Shown here piece by piece: positions 36,348 through 45,309 of a stretch of DNA of 64,000 nt. Position 1 is the first letter of the stretch; every line of letters starts with the position of its first letter. The stretch is from Candidatus Krumholzibacteriia bacterium (GTDB taxonomy: Bacteria > Krumholzibacteriota > Krumholzibacteriia > G020349025): NCBI GenBank assembly GCA_035649435.1, contig DASRJO010000105.1, positions 3,301 to 67,300 on the forward strand. The letters are read 5' to 3'. Both the position numbers and the translations under genes were made by a program. A model generated the notes under the pieces. That model searched no databases and was not told the DNA's origin. It was given only the letters and a program-made list of their open reading frames with translations.

Positions 36348-37478
36348 GTGGCGCGAAGACGAATCCCAACGGCAAACCGCCCAATCGCGACGCGACTCGC
36401 CTGGGTCGCGCTGCTCAGCCAGCTCGGGGGGATCGCTGCGGCGGACGACCTCCCGCCGGAAGTGAGCGCCGCCACCGCGGCACCGGGGCTGTACGCGGTG
36501 CTCAGTACATCCCTCGGCATCGTCATCTGTGCGCTGGAATTCGAGAAGACACCGGTCACGGTGGGGAACTTCGTCGGCTTGGCCGAGGGACGGATCCAAT
36601 TCCTCGAGCCGCGGACCCAGGAGTGGGTGAGCCGGCCGTATTACGACGGAATGAAGTTCAATCGCGTGGTGAAGGATTTCGTCATTCAAGGCGGGGACCC
36701 GCTTGGCGACGGGACCGGTGGCCCAGGATACGTCTTCATCGACGAGTTTCACCACGACCTGCATCACGATCGCCCCGGCATTCTGTCGATGGCGAATTCG
36801 GGTCCGGGGACAAACGGCAGCCAATTCTTCATCACACTCGCCAAGCTGTCGTATTTGGATAACCGGCACACGGTATTCGGCCATGTCGTCCACGGTATGG
36901 ATGTGTTGCAACGCATGGCCAATCAGCCGATGACGGGAGCGGATAATTCCACCCCGGTGGTCGAAGTGGTGCTGCGCAAGGTGAGCGTGATCCGGCGCGG
37001 CGCATCCGCCGAGAAGTTCGATCCGGTGGCGGCCTTCGAACGTCAAGACGAGATCATGGCCGAGCGGGAAGTGCAGCGACAGGTGCGGGCGGCGCAATTT
37101 CGCGCTGAGCTCGACCAGGAGATGCTGCACGCACAAGCCACGGAGAGTGGCGTGAAGTTCGTCGTCCGCTCCGAAGGGCAAGGCGTGTTGCCCGAGCGCG
37201 GCGACCAAGTGCTCGTGCATTACGTCGGCTTCTTGGAGGACGGGACCAAATTCGACTCCAGCTACGATCGCGGCCAACCGTTTCAATTCCCCGTCGGGCA
37301 GGGGCGAGTCATTCCCGGACTCGACGAGATCTGCCTCCACATGCGTCCGGGCGAGAAGCGCCGGGTTCTCGTCCCCGCCTCCATGGCTTACGGGGACAAA
37401 GGCTCCAAGAGATTCGGCATCCCTCCCAAAGCCCTCTTGATCTTCGACGTCGAGCTCATCGAGGTCGTGCGTCACTGA
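36348..37478 (+). CDS. Exported dual peptidyl-prolyl isomerase: cyclophilin-type domain fused to FKBP-type domain
   Basis: Cyclophilin motifs are FNRVVKDFVIQGGDP, LSMANSGPGTNGSQFFIT and HTVFGHVV.GMDVL. FKBP motifs are VLVHYVGFLEDGTKFDSSYDRGQPFQFPVGQGRVIPG and LIFDVELIEV. The GTG 36348 start gives a signal-like LAWVALLSQLGGIAAA. ATG 36249 is an alternative start. Confidence 0.8.
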   Translation: MARRRIPTANRPIATRLAWVALLSQLGGIAAADDLPPEVSAATAAPGLYAVLSTSLGIVICALEFEKTPVTVGNFVGLAEGRIQFLEPRTQEWVSRPYYDGMKFNRVVKDFVIQGGDPLGDGTGGPGYVFIDEFHHDLHHDRPGILSMANSGPGTNGSQFFITLAKLSYLDNRHTVFGHVVHGMDVLQRMANQPMTGADNSTPVVEVVLRKVSVIRRGASAEKFDPVAAFERQDEIMAEREVQRQVRAAQFRAELDQEMLHAQATESGVKFVVRSEGQGVLPERGDQVLVHYVGFLEDGTKFDSSYDRGQPFQFPVGQGRVIPGLDEICLHMRPGEKRRVLVPASMAYGDKGSKRFGIPPKALLIFDVELIEVVRH

Positions 37479-39057
37479 GCTCCGCGGCAGCGCGCAGCTC
37501 GCCGCGACGTACGACGGCACTCAGAGCGCGCAGGTTGCGGATGTCGACCGATGGATCGGCGCTCAGCAGCAGCAGATCGGCACGTTTGCCGCGTTCGATG
37601 CTGCCGCATTCCGCCGATTGGCCGAGCGCGAGCGCGCCGCCCGCGGTCGCCGCGTTCAGCACCTCCGGCGTCGCAAGACCCGCCATCTGCATGGCTTCCA
37701 ACTCGGCGTGGATCGACACACCGTGGGCGACGCCGGGTTCGCCGGCGGCGCTTCCCACCGCGATCGGGATGCCGGCGGCGTGGACGCGCTGCAAGTTGGC
37801 AGCACGGATGCCTGCGGCCTGCTGTGATTGTTTCGCCGGCGTGCACGTCGCCGTGTAGACCGTGCCAGTGCTTCGGGTGAGGGTGAGGAACTCTTCGTCG
37901 ATTGGTGCATCGATCTCGCTGCCGAGGACATCGACGCCGGCGCGCAGGGCGACTTTGGCGTCCGCGAGGGAATTCACCTGCGCCACGATGCGCATACCCC
38001 GTGCGCGAGCGGCCGCGATTGCGCCGCTCAAGGCCTGCGACGTCAGGCGTTCTCGCCGCCCCGTGACGCGAGCGAGCACGAGCACGACGGCATCGGCACC
38101 ATGCGAGGCGAGATAGTCCACCGCCTCCTCGGCCGCGCGTGCGCTCGAGATGGGCAGATGCAGCTTTTCGCCGGGCAAATCGAGGTCCGAAGGGGCGGCG
38201 GCGAGCCGCGGACCCGCGGCAAGAACGTGCGGTCGATCCGTGGCAAGGCTGTCGCGCAAGTCCCAAGTCCAGGCGAAGCCGCCCGCATCGAAGACGGTGG
38301 TCACGCCCGAGCTCAAGTGCGCGCGGAGGAAACGCTCAGGGTGTGTGCGCATCGCGCTCGGCATGGCTGAACTGCTCGCGCCCGATTGCGACAGGTGCAC
38401 GCGCGCATCGACGAGACCGGGGATGATCCATGTCGCGCTCGCGTCCACGACGTCGGCATCCTCTGGCACGGGGCACTGCCCGACGCACTCGATGCGTCCA
38501 TCCCGGACGAGGATCGTGGCCGTCGAGACGTCGCTTCCTCGCCACACACGGCCACCGACGAGGGCGAGCGGCGGCGGCGGTGTTCCCGGTGGCGCGTCGA
38601 AGGCGCTCGTCATCGCGATGCGCCAGCCGGATGGCGTGCGAATGAAAACGCGCTCGGACAGTCCCGTGTGCTCGTCGTTGCCGTAAACGACGCGATAGCG
38701 ATACGCGCCGTAAACCACGCCGGGAAGCACCGGGACGAGACGCATTGCCCGCGCATCGAACACGTCCGGCCAGGCATCGCCTCCAGCCTGGCTCGCGTGC
38801 GATTCGTATCCGAGCCGGATTCCCCCGGGGCCCGTGCGCGCCAATGTTTCGGCGTGCAGGTAGGTTTCCAGATACGCGTCGCGATCGCGGTGACGGATGG
38901 CGTCCAAGTTGGCGACGAACACGCGCCTCGCCGCGCCGACGTCGGCGGAATCCGCTGGCGCAGTTTGTGCGGCAGCGGAAAGCGGAGCGCAGACGGCCCA
39001 AGCGATTGCGACCCGGCGGACAGCCAGGGCAATCGTGGAGGAAGGATGGGAACGCAT
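37456..39057 (-). CDS. Amidohydrolase-superfamily protein with N-terminal SnoaL/NTF2-like domain; metal ligands apparently degenerate
   Basis: Start MRSHPSS is followed by a signal (AWAVCAPLSAAAQ). An NTF2-like segment reads FVANLDAIRHRDRDAYLETY...IRTPSGWRIAMTSAF. Amidohydrolase landmarks are IIPGLVDARVHL (RxH instead of HxH) and the C-terminal GSIERGKRADLLLLSADP. Confidence 0.7.
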   Translation of the reverse strand: MRSHPSSTIALAVRRVAIAWAVCAPLSAAAQTAPADSADVGAARRVFVANLDAIRHRDRDAYLETYLHAETLARTGPGGIRLGYESHASQAGGDAWPDVFDARAMRLVPVLPGVVYGAYRYRVVYGNDEHTGLSERVFIRTPSGWRIAMTSAFDAPPGTPPPPLALVGGRVWRGSDVSTATILVRDGRIECVGQCPVPEDADVVDASATWIIPGLVDARVHLSQSGASSSAMPSAMRTHPERFLRAHLSSGVTTVFDAGGFAWTWDLRDSLATDRPHVLAAGPRLAAAPSDLDLPGEKLHLPISSARAAEEAVDYLASHGADAVVLVLARVTGRRERLTSQALSGAIAAARARGMRIVAQVNSLADAKVALRAGVDVLGSEIDAPIDEEFLTLTRSTGTVYTATCTPAKQSQQAAGIRAANLQRVHAAGIPIAVGSAAGEPGVAHGVSIHAELEAMQMAGLATPEVLNAATAGGALALGQSAECGSIERGKRADLLLLSADPSVDIRNLRALSAVVRRGELRAAAELSDARPR

Positions 39058-39299
39058 GGCTCGGACCCCTTTCTTGCGACGCTCGCGGCCACACAGCCCG
39101 GACGAGACACGCGGCCGGACCCGAGTCCGCTGCGGAAGGGGCCGCTGCCAGGAAAAGCGGGTCCTGGGGCGGACGTTACATTTAATTTGCGACCGGGGGG
39201 CGTCATTCCTGCTCTCCCCTCGGTATAATGTGGCACTTCGGAACGGCTCGGGCGAGCGCCTCTCTGCTTTCCGAACGTGAATGGACACGACCCAGGAGG

Positions 39300-39779
39300 A
39301 TGTGGAACGTGCGTACCCTCAAGATCTCTGCAGTGGTCATGATGATCGTCGCCTTCGCGGCATCGTCGGCCTTCGCCGGTGGTTCGGCTTGCACGGCGTC
39401 CAAGCAAGTGAATTCCGCCTCGTCGGACAACGCGTGCCTGTCGACGGTGTTCGCCGGTGCGGGCAACTCGTGCTCCGCCAGCAAGGCCAAGCTCGCCGCC
39501 CTCGTGGACATCGAAGCCACTCGTCTGCCCTCCGGTGGGCTCGTGGTCATGTACAAGGGCAAGACCGAAGACGCCGTGGCGTATCTGCAGGCGGCTGCCT
39601 GCGGCCCGCCGTCGAACTTCTGCTGCCCGTTGACGCGCCAGTTGGCTGCCACGCCGAATGCCAAGGTCGAGATCGCCAAAATCGCCCAGGGCGCGGTCAT
39701 CGTCGTCAACGCCGCCGAGAAGAGCGTCGTCGATAGCTACGAGCAGTCCTTCTTGACGCTGGCGTCCGCTTCGCACTGA
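39300..39779 (+). CDS. Small secreted Cys-containing hypothetical protein
   Basis: A signal peptide reads LKISAVVMMIVAFAASSAFA. The AGGAGG abuts ATG 39300, so GTG 39309 (9-nt spacing) may be the true start. No family is recognised. Confidence 0.45.
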   Translation: MWNVRTLKISAVVMMIVAFAASSAFAGGSACTASKQVNSASSDNACLSTVFAGAGNSCSASKAKLAALVDIEATRLPSGGLVVMYKGKTEDAVAYLQAAACGPPSNFCCPLTRQLAATPNAKVEIAKIAQGAVIVVNAAEKSVVDSYEQSFLTLASASH

Positions 39780-39855
39780 GACGTGGCGAACGCGTCGTTG
39801 ACTGGACGAGACCCCCGATGCGTCGGGGGTCTCGCCGTTTGGGGGAGGTGAATGG

Positions 39856-41028
39856 ATGCGTCGCTTCGCCTTGCTCGTCGCGTGCGCGGGTGCCGCCGCC
39901 TTCGGCCGTGCGATCGGGACGGCGCCGCATGCGAGCGCGGAGCCAGTCGGCGACATTCCTCGCGTTCGCATGGTGCGTGCCTTCCCGCAGCTCGTGTTCG
40001 AAAGGCCCGTTTTCATCACGCATGCAGGCGACGAGAACAGGCTGTTCGTCGTCGAGCAGGGTGGCCGCGTCCTCGTCTTTCCCGCCGATGACGGCGCGGC
40101 ATCGGCGCGCGTGTTCCTCGACCTGCGCACCCAGGTGCGGACGGAGCACAACGAAGAGGGGCTGCTGGCGCTGGCGTTTCACCCGCAGTACGCCACACGC
40201 GGCACGTTCTTCGTGTTCTATTCGGCATCGAAGCCGCGACGCGGCGTGTTGTCGCGCTTCGAGGTCGATGAGCGCGATCCGAACCGTGCCAAGGTCGAAT
40301 CGGAAACGGTGCTGCTCGAGGTGCCGAAACGCTGGGGGAACCACAACGGCGCCACTTTGCTCTTCGGGCCCGATGGGTTTCTCTACCTGAGCCTTGGCGA
40401 CGGCGGTTCGGCGGGTGACCCGCTCGATGCGGGCCAGGATCTCGCGTCGTTGCTCGGGAAGATCCTGCGACTCGACGTCGATCGCGCCGACGGAACGCGG
40501 GCCTATGCCATCCCGGTAGACAACCCCTACGTGGGCGTGGCAAGCGCGCGACCCGAGATCTGGGCCTATGGCTTGCGCAACGTCTGGCGCATGAGCTTCG
40601 ACCGCGAGACCGGTGAGCTGTGGGCGGGCGACGTGGGACAGGATGAATGGGAAGAGATCGACCGCATCGTGCGCGGCGGCAACTATGGCTGGCGCATTCG
40701 CGAGGGGGCGCACGTGTTTCGTCGCGGCACGGCGCGCGCCCCGCTCATCGACCCGGTGTTCGAATACGGCCGCAAGGAGGGGGCGTGCGTCGTCGGCGGG
40801 TACGTGTATCGCGGCACGCGCATGCGGCGTCTGGTGGGGGCATACGTCTATGCCGATTACGTCACCGGGACGATCTGGGCGTTGCGGGCACGTGGGGATT
40901 CGCTGCTCGCGCAGGGCGAGATCCTTTCGCAGCCGCGCAACATCGCGTCCTTCGGCGAAGGGCACGACGGCGAGATCTACCTCTGCGCCTTCGACGGACG
41001 CATCTACACGCTGGCGGAAGCACCGTGA
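39856..41028 (+). CDS. PQQ-dependent sugar dehydrogenase (soluble glucose/sorbosone dehydrogenase, YliI-like beta-propeller)
   Basis: It has a signal peptide. Motifs are EEGLLALAFHP, NHNGATLLFGPDGFLYLSLGDGG, GKILRLDVD, RNVWRMSFD and GGNYGWR. Confidence 0.85.
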   Translation: MRRFALLVACAGAAAFGRAIGTAPHASAEPVGDIPRVRMVRAFPQLVFERPVFITHAGDENRLFVVEQGGRVLVFPADDGAASARVFLDLRTQVRTEHNEEGLLALAFHPQYATRGTFFVFYSASKPRRGVLSRFEVDERDPNRAKVESETVLLEVPKRWGNHNGATLLFGPDGFLYLSLGDGGSAGDPLDAGQDLASLLGKILRLDVDRADGTRAYAIPVDNPYVGVASARPEIWAYGLRNVWRMSFDRETGELWAGDVGQDEWEEIDRIVRGGNYGWRIREGAHVFRRGTARAPLIDPVFEYGRKEGACVVGGYVYRGTRMRRLVGAYVYADYVTGTIWALRARGDSLLAQGEILSQPRNIASFGEGHDGEIYLCAFDGRIYTLAEAP

Positions 41029-41138
41029 ATCCCATTGCATGCGCGCGGTCGCATGCCTAGCATGGGTGGCGGCAGCGCCCCACGCTCCCCGCAGTTCACG
41101 GGTCGAGAGCCGGCGCCGACGCACGGTTCGACGAGACT

Positions 41139-41948
41139 TTGGAGGCCACCATGCCCAAGATGCACGAGGTCGATTACAAAATCTTCGGTGACGACATGCA
41201 GTTCGTGGAGATCGAGCTCGATCCGCAGGAAGCGGTGGTGGCTGAAGCCGGCGGCATGATGTACATGCAGGACGGCATCGAGATGGACACGATCTTCGGC
41301 ACCGGCAACCAGAACCAGGGGTTCCTCGGGTCGCTGCTCGGTGCCGGCAAGCGGGTGCTCACCGGCGAATCGTTGTTCATGACGGTGTTCCACAACGAGG
41401 GCCACGACAAACGCAGCGTCGCATTCGCGTCGCCGATCCCCGGCAAGGTCGTGGCGCTGAATCTGGCGCAGCTGGGCGGCGAGATGATCACGCAGAAAGA
41501 TGCATTCCTGGCGGCGGCGCGCGGCGTGGAAATCGGCATCGCTTTCCAGAAGCGACTCGGCGTCGGTTTCTTCGGCGGCGAGGGATTCATCATGCAGCGC
41601 CTCCAGGGCGACGGCTTCGCCTTCGTCAACGCCTGCGGCACCTTGATCGAGCGCGTGCTGGCGCCCGGGGAAAGCCTGCGTGTCGACACCGGCTGTCTCG
41701 TGGCGTTGCAACCGAGCGTCAGTTACGACGTGCAGTACGTCGGCAAGGTGAAGACCGCGCTCTTTGGCGGGGAGGGATTGTTCTTCGCCCAGCTGCGCGG
41801 GCCCGGGCGCGTGTGGCTGCAGTCGCTGCCCTTCGGCCGTTTGGCGAGCCGGATCTACGCGGCGGCGCCGCGCAGCGGCGGCCGTGGTCGCGAAGAGGGC
41901 TCGATCCTCGGCGCACTGGGCAACATGCTCGACGGCGACGGGCGCTGA
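41139..41948 (+). CDS. TIGR00266 / AIM24 (DUF124) family protein
   Basis: [49 protein letters not shown] and [21 protein letters not shown] are characteristic. The start may instead be MPKMHEV at 41151. Confidence 0.8.
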   Translation: MEATMPKMHEVDYKIFGDDMQFVEIELDPQEAVVAEAGGMMYMQDGIEMDTIFGTGNQNQGFLGSLLGAGKRVLTGESLFMTVFHNEGHDKRSVAFASPIPGKVVALNLAQLGGEMITQKDAFLAAARGVEIGIAFQKRLGVGFFGGEGFIMQRLQGDGFAFVNACGTLIERVLAPGESLRVDTGCLVALQPSVSYDVQYVGKVKTALFGGEGLFFAQLRGPGRVWLQSLPFGRLASRIYAAAPRSGGRGREEGSILGALGNMLDGDGR

Positions 41949-42016
41949 GCTCCGGCGCGGCACGCTCCCGAGCCGGAAGCAAGAAGACATTGACGCGATC
42001 ATTCAGTCCGGAGGGA

Positions 42017-42442
42017 ATGGTGCCGACCTACGACTATCTTTGCGAGAATGGCCACCGCTTCGAAGCGTTCCAGTCCATGAAGGACGAGGCGCTCAAAGCG
42101 TGCGTGGAATGTGGTGCCGGCGTGAAGCGCCTCATCGGGCCTGGCGCCGGGTTCCTGTTTCGCGGCGATGGCTTCTACATCACCGATTATCGGTCGAAGA
42201 CCTATCAGGACAAGGCCAAGGCCGAAGCCGGCGGCTCCGGCAAGAGCGAGGGCAAGGCTGAAAAGAGCGAAGGATCGAAGTCGGAGTCCAGCAAGCCGGT
42301 GACGGACAAAGCCGGGGCCCAAGAGAAGTCGAAGTCCGAGAAGCCGCGCGCCGAGAAATCGAGCGAGAAGTCGAGCGAGAAGTCGAGCGGCAATCAGGCA
42401 GACAAGTCGTCGGCGAAGAAACCTCGCGGCTCCGACACGTAG
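42017..42442 (+). CDS. FmdB-family zinc-ribbon protein with long Lys/Ser/Glu-rich tail
   Basis: MVPTYDYLCENGHRFE...CVECGAGVKRL (CxxC...CxxC zinc ribbon) is followed by about 90 aa of low-complexity K/S/E. Confidence 0.75.
   Translation: MVPTYDYLCENGHRFEAFQSMKDEALKACVECGAGVKRLIGPGAGFLFRGDGFYITDYRSKTYQDKAKAEAGGSGKSEGKAEKSEGSKSESSKPVTDKAGAQEKSKSEKPRAEKSSEKSSEKSSGNQADKSSAKKPRGSDT
42353..42388 (+). repeat. Three tandem copies of a 12-nt unit (GAGAA[A/G]TCGAGC) encoding (EKSS)x3
   Basis: Read directly at 42353-42364, 42365-42376 and 42377-42388. The repeat is in frame inside the FmdB-like gene tail. Confidence 0.9.
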
Positions 42443-42458
42443 CAGAACACGCTCGGTC

Positions 42459-43286
42459 TCATTTGCTCAGGAACCACGGGAGAAGGCGCACGATCGAGAG
42501 CAAGAAACCGGCGAGGGTCAGCACCAGCAGACCCAGCGCGGCGAGTTGAACACCGCGACCTTCCGGGCGTTCATGCGCGCCGCGCACTCTGTGCCCGAAG
42601 GCGAAGCCGGTGACGAAGCCGCCCAAGTGCGCCCAGTTGTCGACGCCGCGCATGAAGAGGCCGAAAGCGAACAGCACCACTGCCCAAGTGACGAATTGTT
42701 GCGTCATGACGTCGCGCGTCCCGCCCCGGCGCCGGCGGAACGAAATCATCGCACCCAAGAGACCGAAGATCGAACCCGAAGCGCCGATGGACGGTCCGTT
42801 GCCGAGGAGACTGGAGGCCAGGAAGCCACCGGCGCCGGCCAGACTGTAGAGCACGAAGAATCGCGCCGGCCCCAGCTCTTCTTCAGCGAATGTGCCGAGC
42901 TGCCGAATCCACATCACGTTGAAAAAGATGTGCAGCAGGCCCCCGTGCAAATAGACTGCCGTCAATAGCGTCCACCAATGACCGATCTCGAGGGCTGGAC
43001 GGCCGGTCATGCCGAGCAGGAACAGAGCGCGTGAGCTCGGTGACAGGATTCCCATCAGGCCGCCCGAAGGCGTGAGCGCTGCGCGCAGATCCAGTGCGAT
43101 GCTGGTGACGTAGAGCACGATGCACGTAATCGTGATCAACGGCACGAGCTGCAGGTGATGGCCGAAGAGGCGTTGCAGGCGTCGGCCAGCTCCCCACAAG
43201 CCGGGGCGCAGGGCGCCGCAGTACGGACAGCGCGGCTCGTCGTCGCCGATGAGTTTTCTGCAGCTCGGGCAGAGCATGGCCGGCAT
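42459..43286 (-). CDS. Rhomboid-family intramembrane serine protease with N-terminal zinc ribbon
   Basis: Start MPAMLCPSCRKL...CPYCG has GGGAGG 6 nt upstream. It has the HWWTLLTAVYLHGGLLHIFFNM motif, the catalytic GASGSIFGLLG and the downstream AHLGGFVTG histidine. Confidence 0.85.
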   Translation of the reverse strand: MPAMLCPSCRKLIGDDEPRCPYCGALRPGLWGAGRRLQRLFGHHLQLVPLITITCIVLYVTSIALDLRAALTPSGGLMGILSPSSRALFLLGMTGRPALEIGHWWTLLTAVYLHGGLLHIFFNVMWIRQLGTFAEEELGPARFFVLYSLAGAGGFLASSLLGNGPSIGASGSIFGLLGAMISFRRRRGGTRDVMTQQFVTWAVVLFAFGLFMRGVDNWAHLGGFVTGFAFGHRVRGAHERPEGRGVQLAALGLLVLTLAGFLLSIVRLLPWFLSK

Positions 43287-43431
43287 GAGGAACCTCCCGG
43301 CGGGCATTCTAGCCGGTCGCGGGAGGTCGGAGTATCTTGCATTCCGCGAACGCGACCTCGGCGCCGTGGTTTTGGCGCCGGTGCAACATCGTCGCAAGCC
43401 CCGGCGCGAGCCGCGTGGAGTCGTGGTGCCG

Positions 43432-44331
43432 ATGACCGAAGCGATCGACAGCGCGGGCCGCGGCTATCGCGGCAAGGTGCAGCGCGTGCTCTGGATCACG
43501 CTATTGCTCAATTTGGGCGTGGCGGGCGCGAAGCTCGCGACCGGGCTCGTGACCAGCAGCCTGGCGCTGCTCGGAGACGCGGCGCATTCGGCCATCGACG
43601 CGGCCAACAACATCGTGGGGTTGGTGGCCATCGCTGTCGCGACGCAAGCGGCCGACGAGAGTCACCCGTATGGACACTCGAAGATCGAAACCTTGGCGGC
43701 ATTCGTCTTGGCCGGACTGCTCTTCATCACCTGCTTCAATCTGGGGCTCGAGGCAGTCAAGCGTCTGGCCGGGGCGGAGGCGAGGATGGCGGAGGCGACG
43801 CCGGTGGCGTTCGCCGTGGTTCTCGGAACCCTCGCGATCAATCTCTGGGTCAGCCGCTACGAGGCACGGCGCGGCCAGCAGCTGGGCAGCGAGTTCCTGC
43901 TGGCGGATGCGGCGCACACGCGCAGCGACGTCCTGGTCACGCTCACTGTGCTCGCGAGCCTCGTCTTCGTTCGCTTCGGCGTCCCGCGCGTCGACGCGGC
44001 GCTCTCGCTCCTCATCGCCGGACTGATCGGACTCATCGGGTTTCGCGTCTTCCAGCGCACGGTCCCCGTGCTCGTCGATGCTTCGGCGATTCACGAACGA
44101 CAAGTCGTCGAAGTCGCGAGCAGAGTGACCGGGGTGCAGAGCCCGCACGCGGTGCGCTCCCGGCGCGCCGGGCGGCTCGTGTTCATCGATCTGCACATCA
44201 TCGTCGATCCGGCGACGAACATCGAGGCGGCGCACGCGATGTCGGATGCGGTGGAAACGGCGCTCGAGCGCGAGTTCGGCCCCGCCAGCATCACGGTGCA
44301 CGTGGAGACTTCACGTCACTGCGGCCACTGA
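43432..44331 (+). CDS. Cation diffusion facilitator (CDF) family metal efflux transporter
   Basis: LLGDAAHSAIDAANN (TM2 metal site), HPYGHSKIETL and LADAAHTRSDVL (TM5 site) are present, with a C-terminal cytoplasmic domain. The start is uncertain (ATG 43432 or upstream GTGs). Confidence 0.85.
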   Translation: MTEAIDSAGRGYRGKVQRVLWITLLLNLGVAGAKLATGLVTSSLALLGDAAHSAIDAANNIVGLVAIAVATQAADESHPYGHSKIETLAAFVLAGLLFITCFNLGLEAVKRLAGAEARMAEATPVAFAVVLGTLAINLWVSRYEARRGQQLGSEFLLADAAHTRSDVLVTLTVLASLVFVRFGVPRVDAALSLLIAGLIGLIGFRVFQRTVPVLVDASAIHERQVVEVASRVTGVQSPHAVRSRRAGRLVFIDLHIIVDPATNIEAAHAMSDAVETALEREFGPASITVHVETSRHCGH

Positions 44332-44432
44332 CATGGCGCCAGCGTGACGACGCGTGCGGACACCATCCTCCAACAGGAACCTTTGACTCGGCACACGCGT
44401 CGCGGCCGCGAGGCAGGAACGCGACAGGAATC

Positions 44433-45308
44433 TCATTGCGCGTATTCCACGAGCAGGTCGGCGTGCGCGGAGTGACGCAACTTGCACAAGGCACGGTCAC
44501 GCAGCTGGCGCACCCGCTCGCGCGTCACCCCATGCACGACGCCGATGCTCTGCAGCGACTCAGGGGGACTGGAGACGAGCCCGTAGTATCGGCGCAGGAT
44601 GTCTGCCTCCCGGGCGTCGAGAACATCCATTGCCGACCGGATGTCTTCCTGGCGCAAGGCCTCGATCAGCCAATCATCAGCGGAGGATTTGTCTTCGAGC
44701 GAGTCCGCCTCGAAAGCCGACTCCTCGCCCTCGATCGGTTCATCGAGAGAGAAGGGAACGGTGGGCAACTCCTGCAGGATTTCGACCTGCGTCGGGGTGA
44801 GTTGCAAGCGCGCAGCCAGGGCGTCGGTGCTCGGCGTGGCACTGCACTCCTGCATCAGCCGCTCGGTCTCGCGCACCAGTCGCGACAGGCCATGGACCTT
44901 GCCGGCGGGAAGACGCACGATTCGGCTGTGGTCCGTCAGGTACGTCATGATACTCTGACGGATCCACCACACTGCATAGGAGATCAGTCGGAACCCGCGC
45001 GCGGGGTCGAAGCGCGCGGCGGCGCGCATCAGGCCGATGTTGCCCTCGTTGATCAGATATTCCAGTGGCACACTGTAGCGGGCGTACTGCCTGGCGACGC
45101 TGACGACGAAACGCAGGTTGCGCCGCACCAGCTCCTTCTGCGCGCCGCTGTCGCCGCTGCGGGCGCAGATGGCGAGCTCGCGTTCCTCACGGGGAGTTAG
45201 CACCGGGATCTTCTCGATCTCTGAGAGATAGCGTTGCAGGGCGCTGGTTCCCTCGGAGAAAGAAGTTTCGGTCGTTGTCGCACGGTGAGATTCGCGGCGG
45301 GCTCGCAT
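44433..45308 (-). CDS. Alternative sigma-70-family RNA polymerase sigma factor (group 2/3-like, regions 2-4)
   Basis: NLRFVVSVARQY, INEGNIGLMRAAARFDP and YAVWWIRQSI form region 2. Region 3 is present. GVTRERVRQLRDRALCKLR forms region 4.2. The ATG lies 1 nt after the Rrf2 stop. Confidence 0.85.
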   Translation of the reverse strand: MRARRESHRATTTETSFSEGTSALQRYLSEIEKIPVLTPREERELAICARSGDSGAQKELVRRNLRFVVSVARQYARYSVPLEYLINEGNIGLMRAAARFDPARGFRLISYAVWWIRQSIMTYLTDHSRIVRLPAGKVHGLSRLVRETERLMQECSATPSTDALAARLQLTPTQVEILQELPTVPFSLDEPIEGEESAFEADSLEDKSSADDWLIEALRQEDIRSAMDVLDAREADILRRYYGLVSSPPESLQSIGVVHGVTRERVRQLRDRALCKLRHSAHADLLVEYAQ

Positions 45309-45309
45309 G

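Noticed and set aside
43155-45200. 681-aa plus-strand ORF
   Set aside because: It overlaps the CDF gene out of frame and the sigma-factor gene antisense. Both of those have clear signatures. The product is Arg/Gly/Ala-rich.
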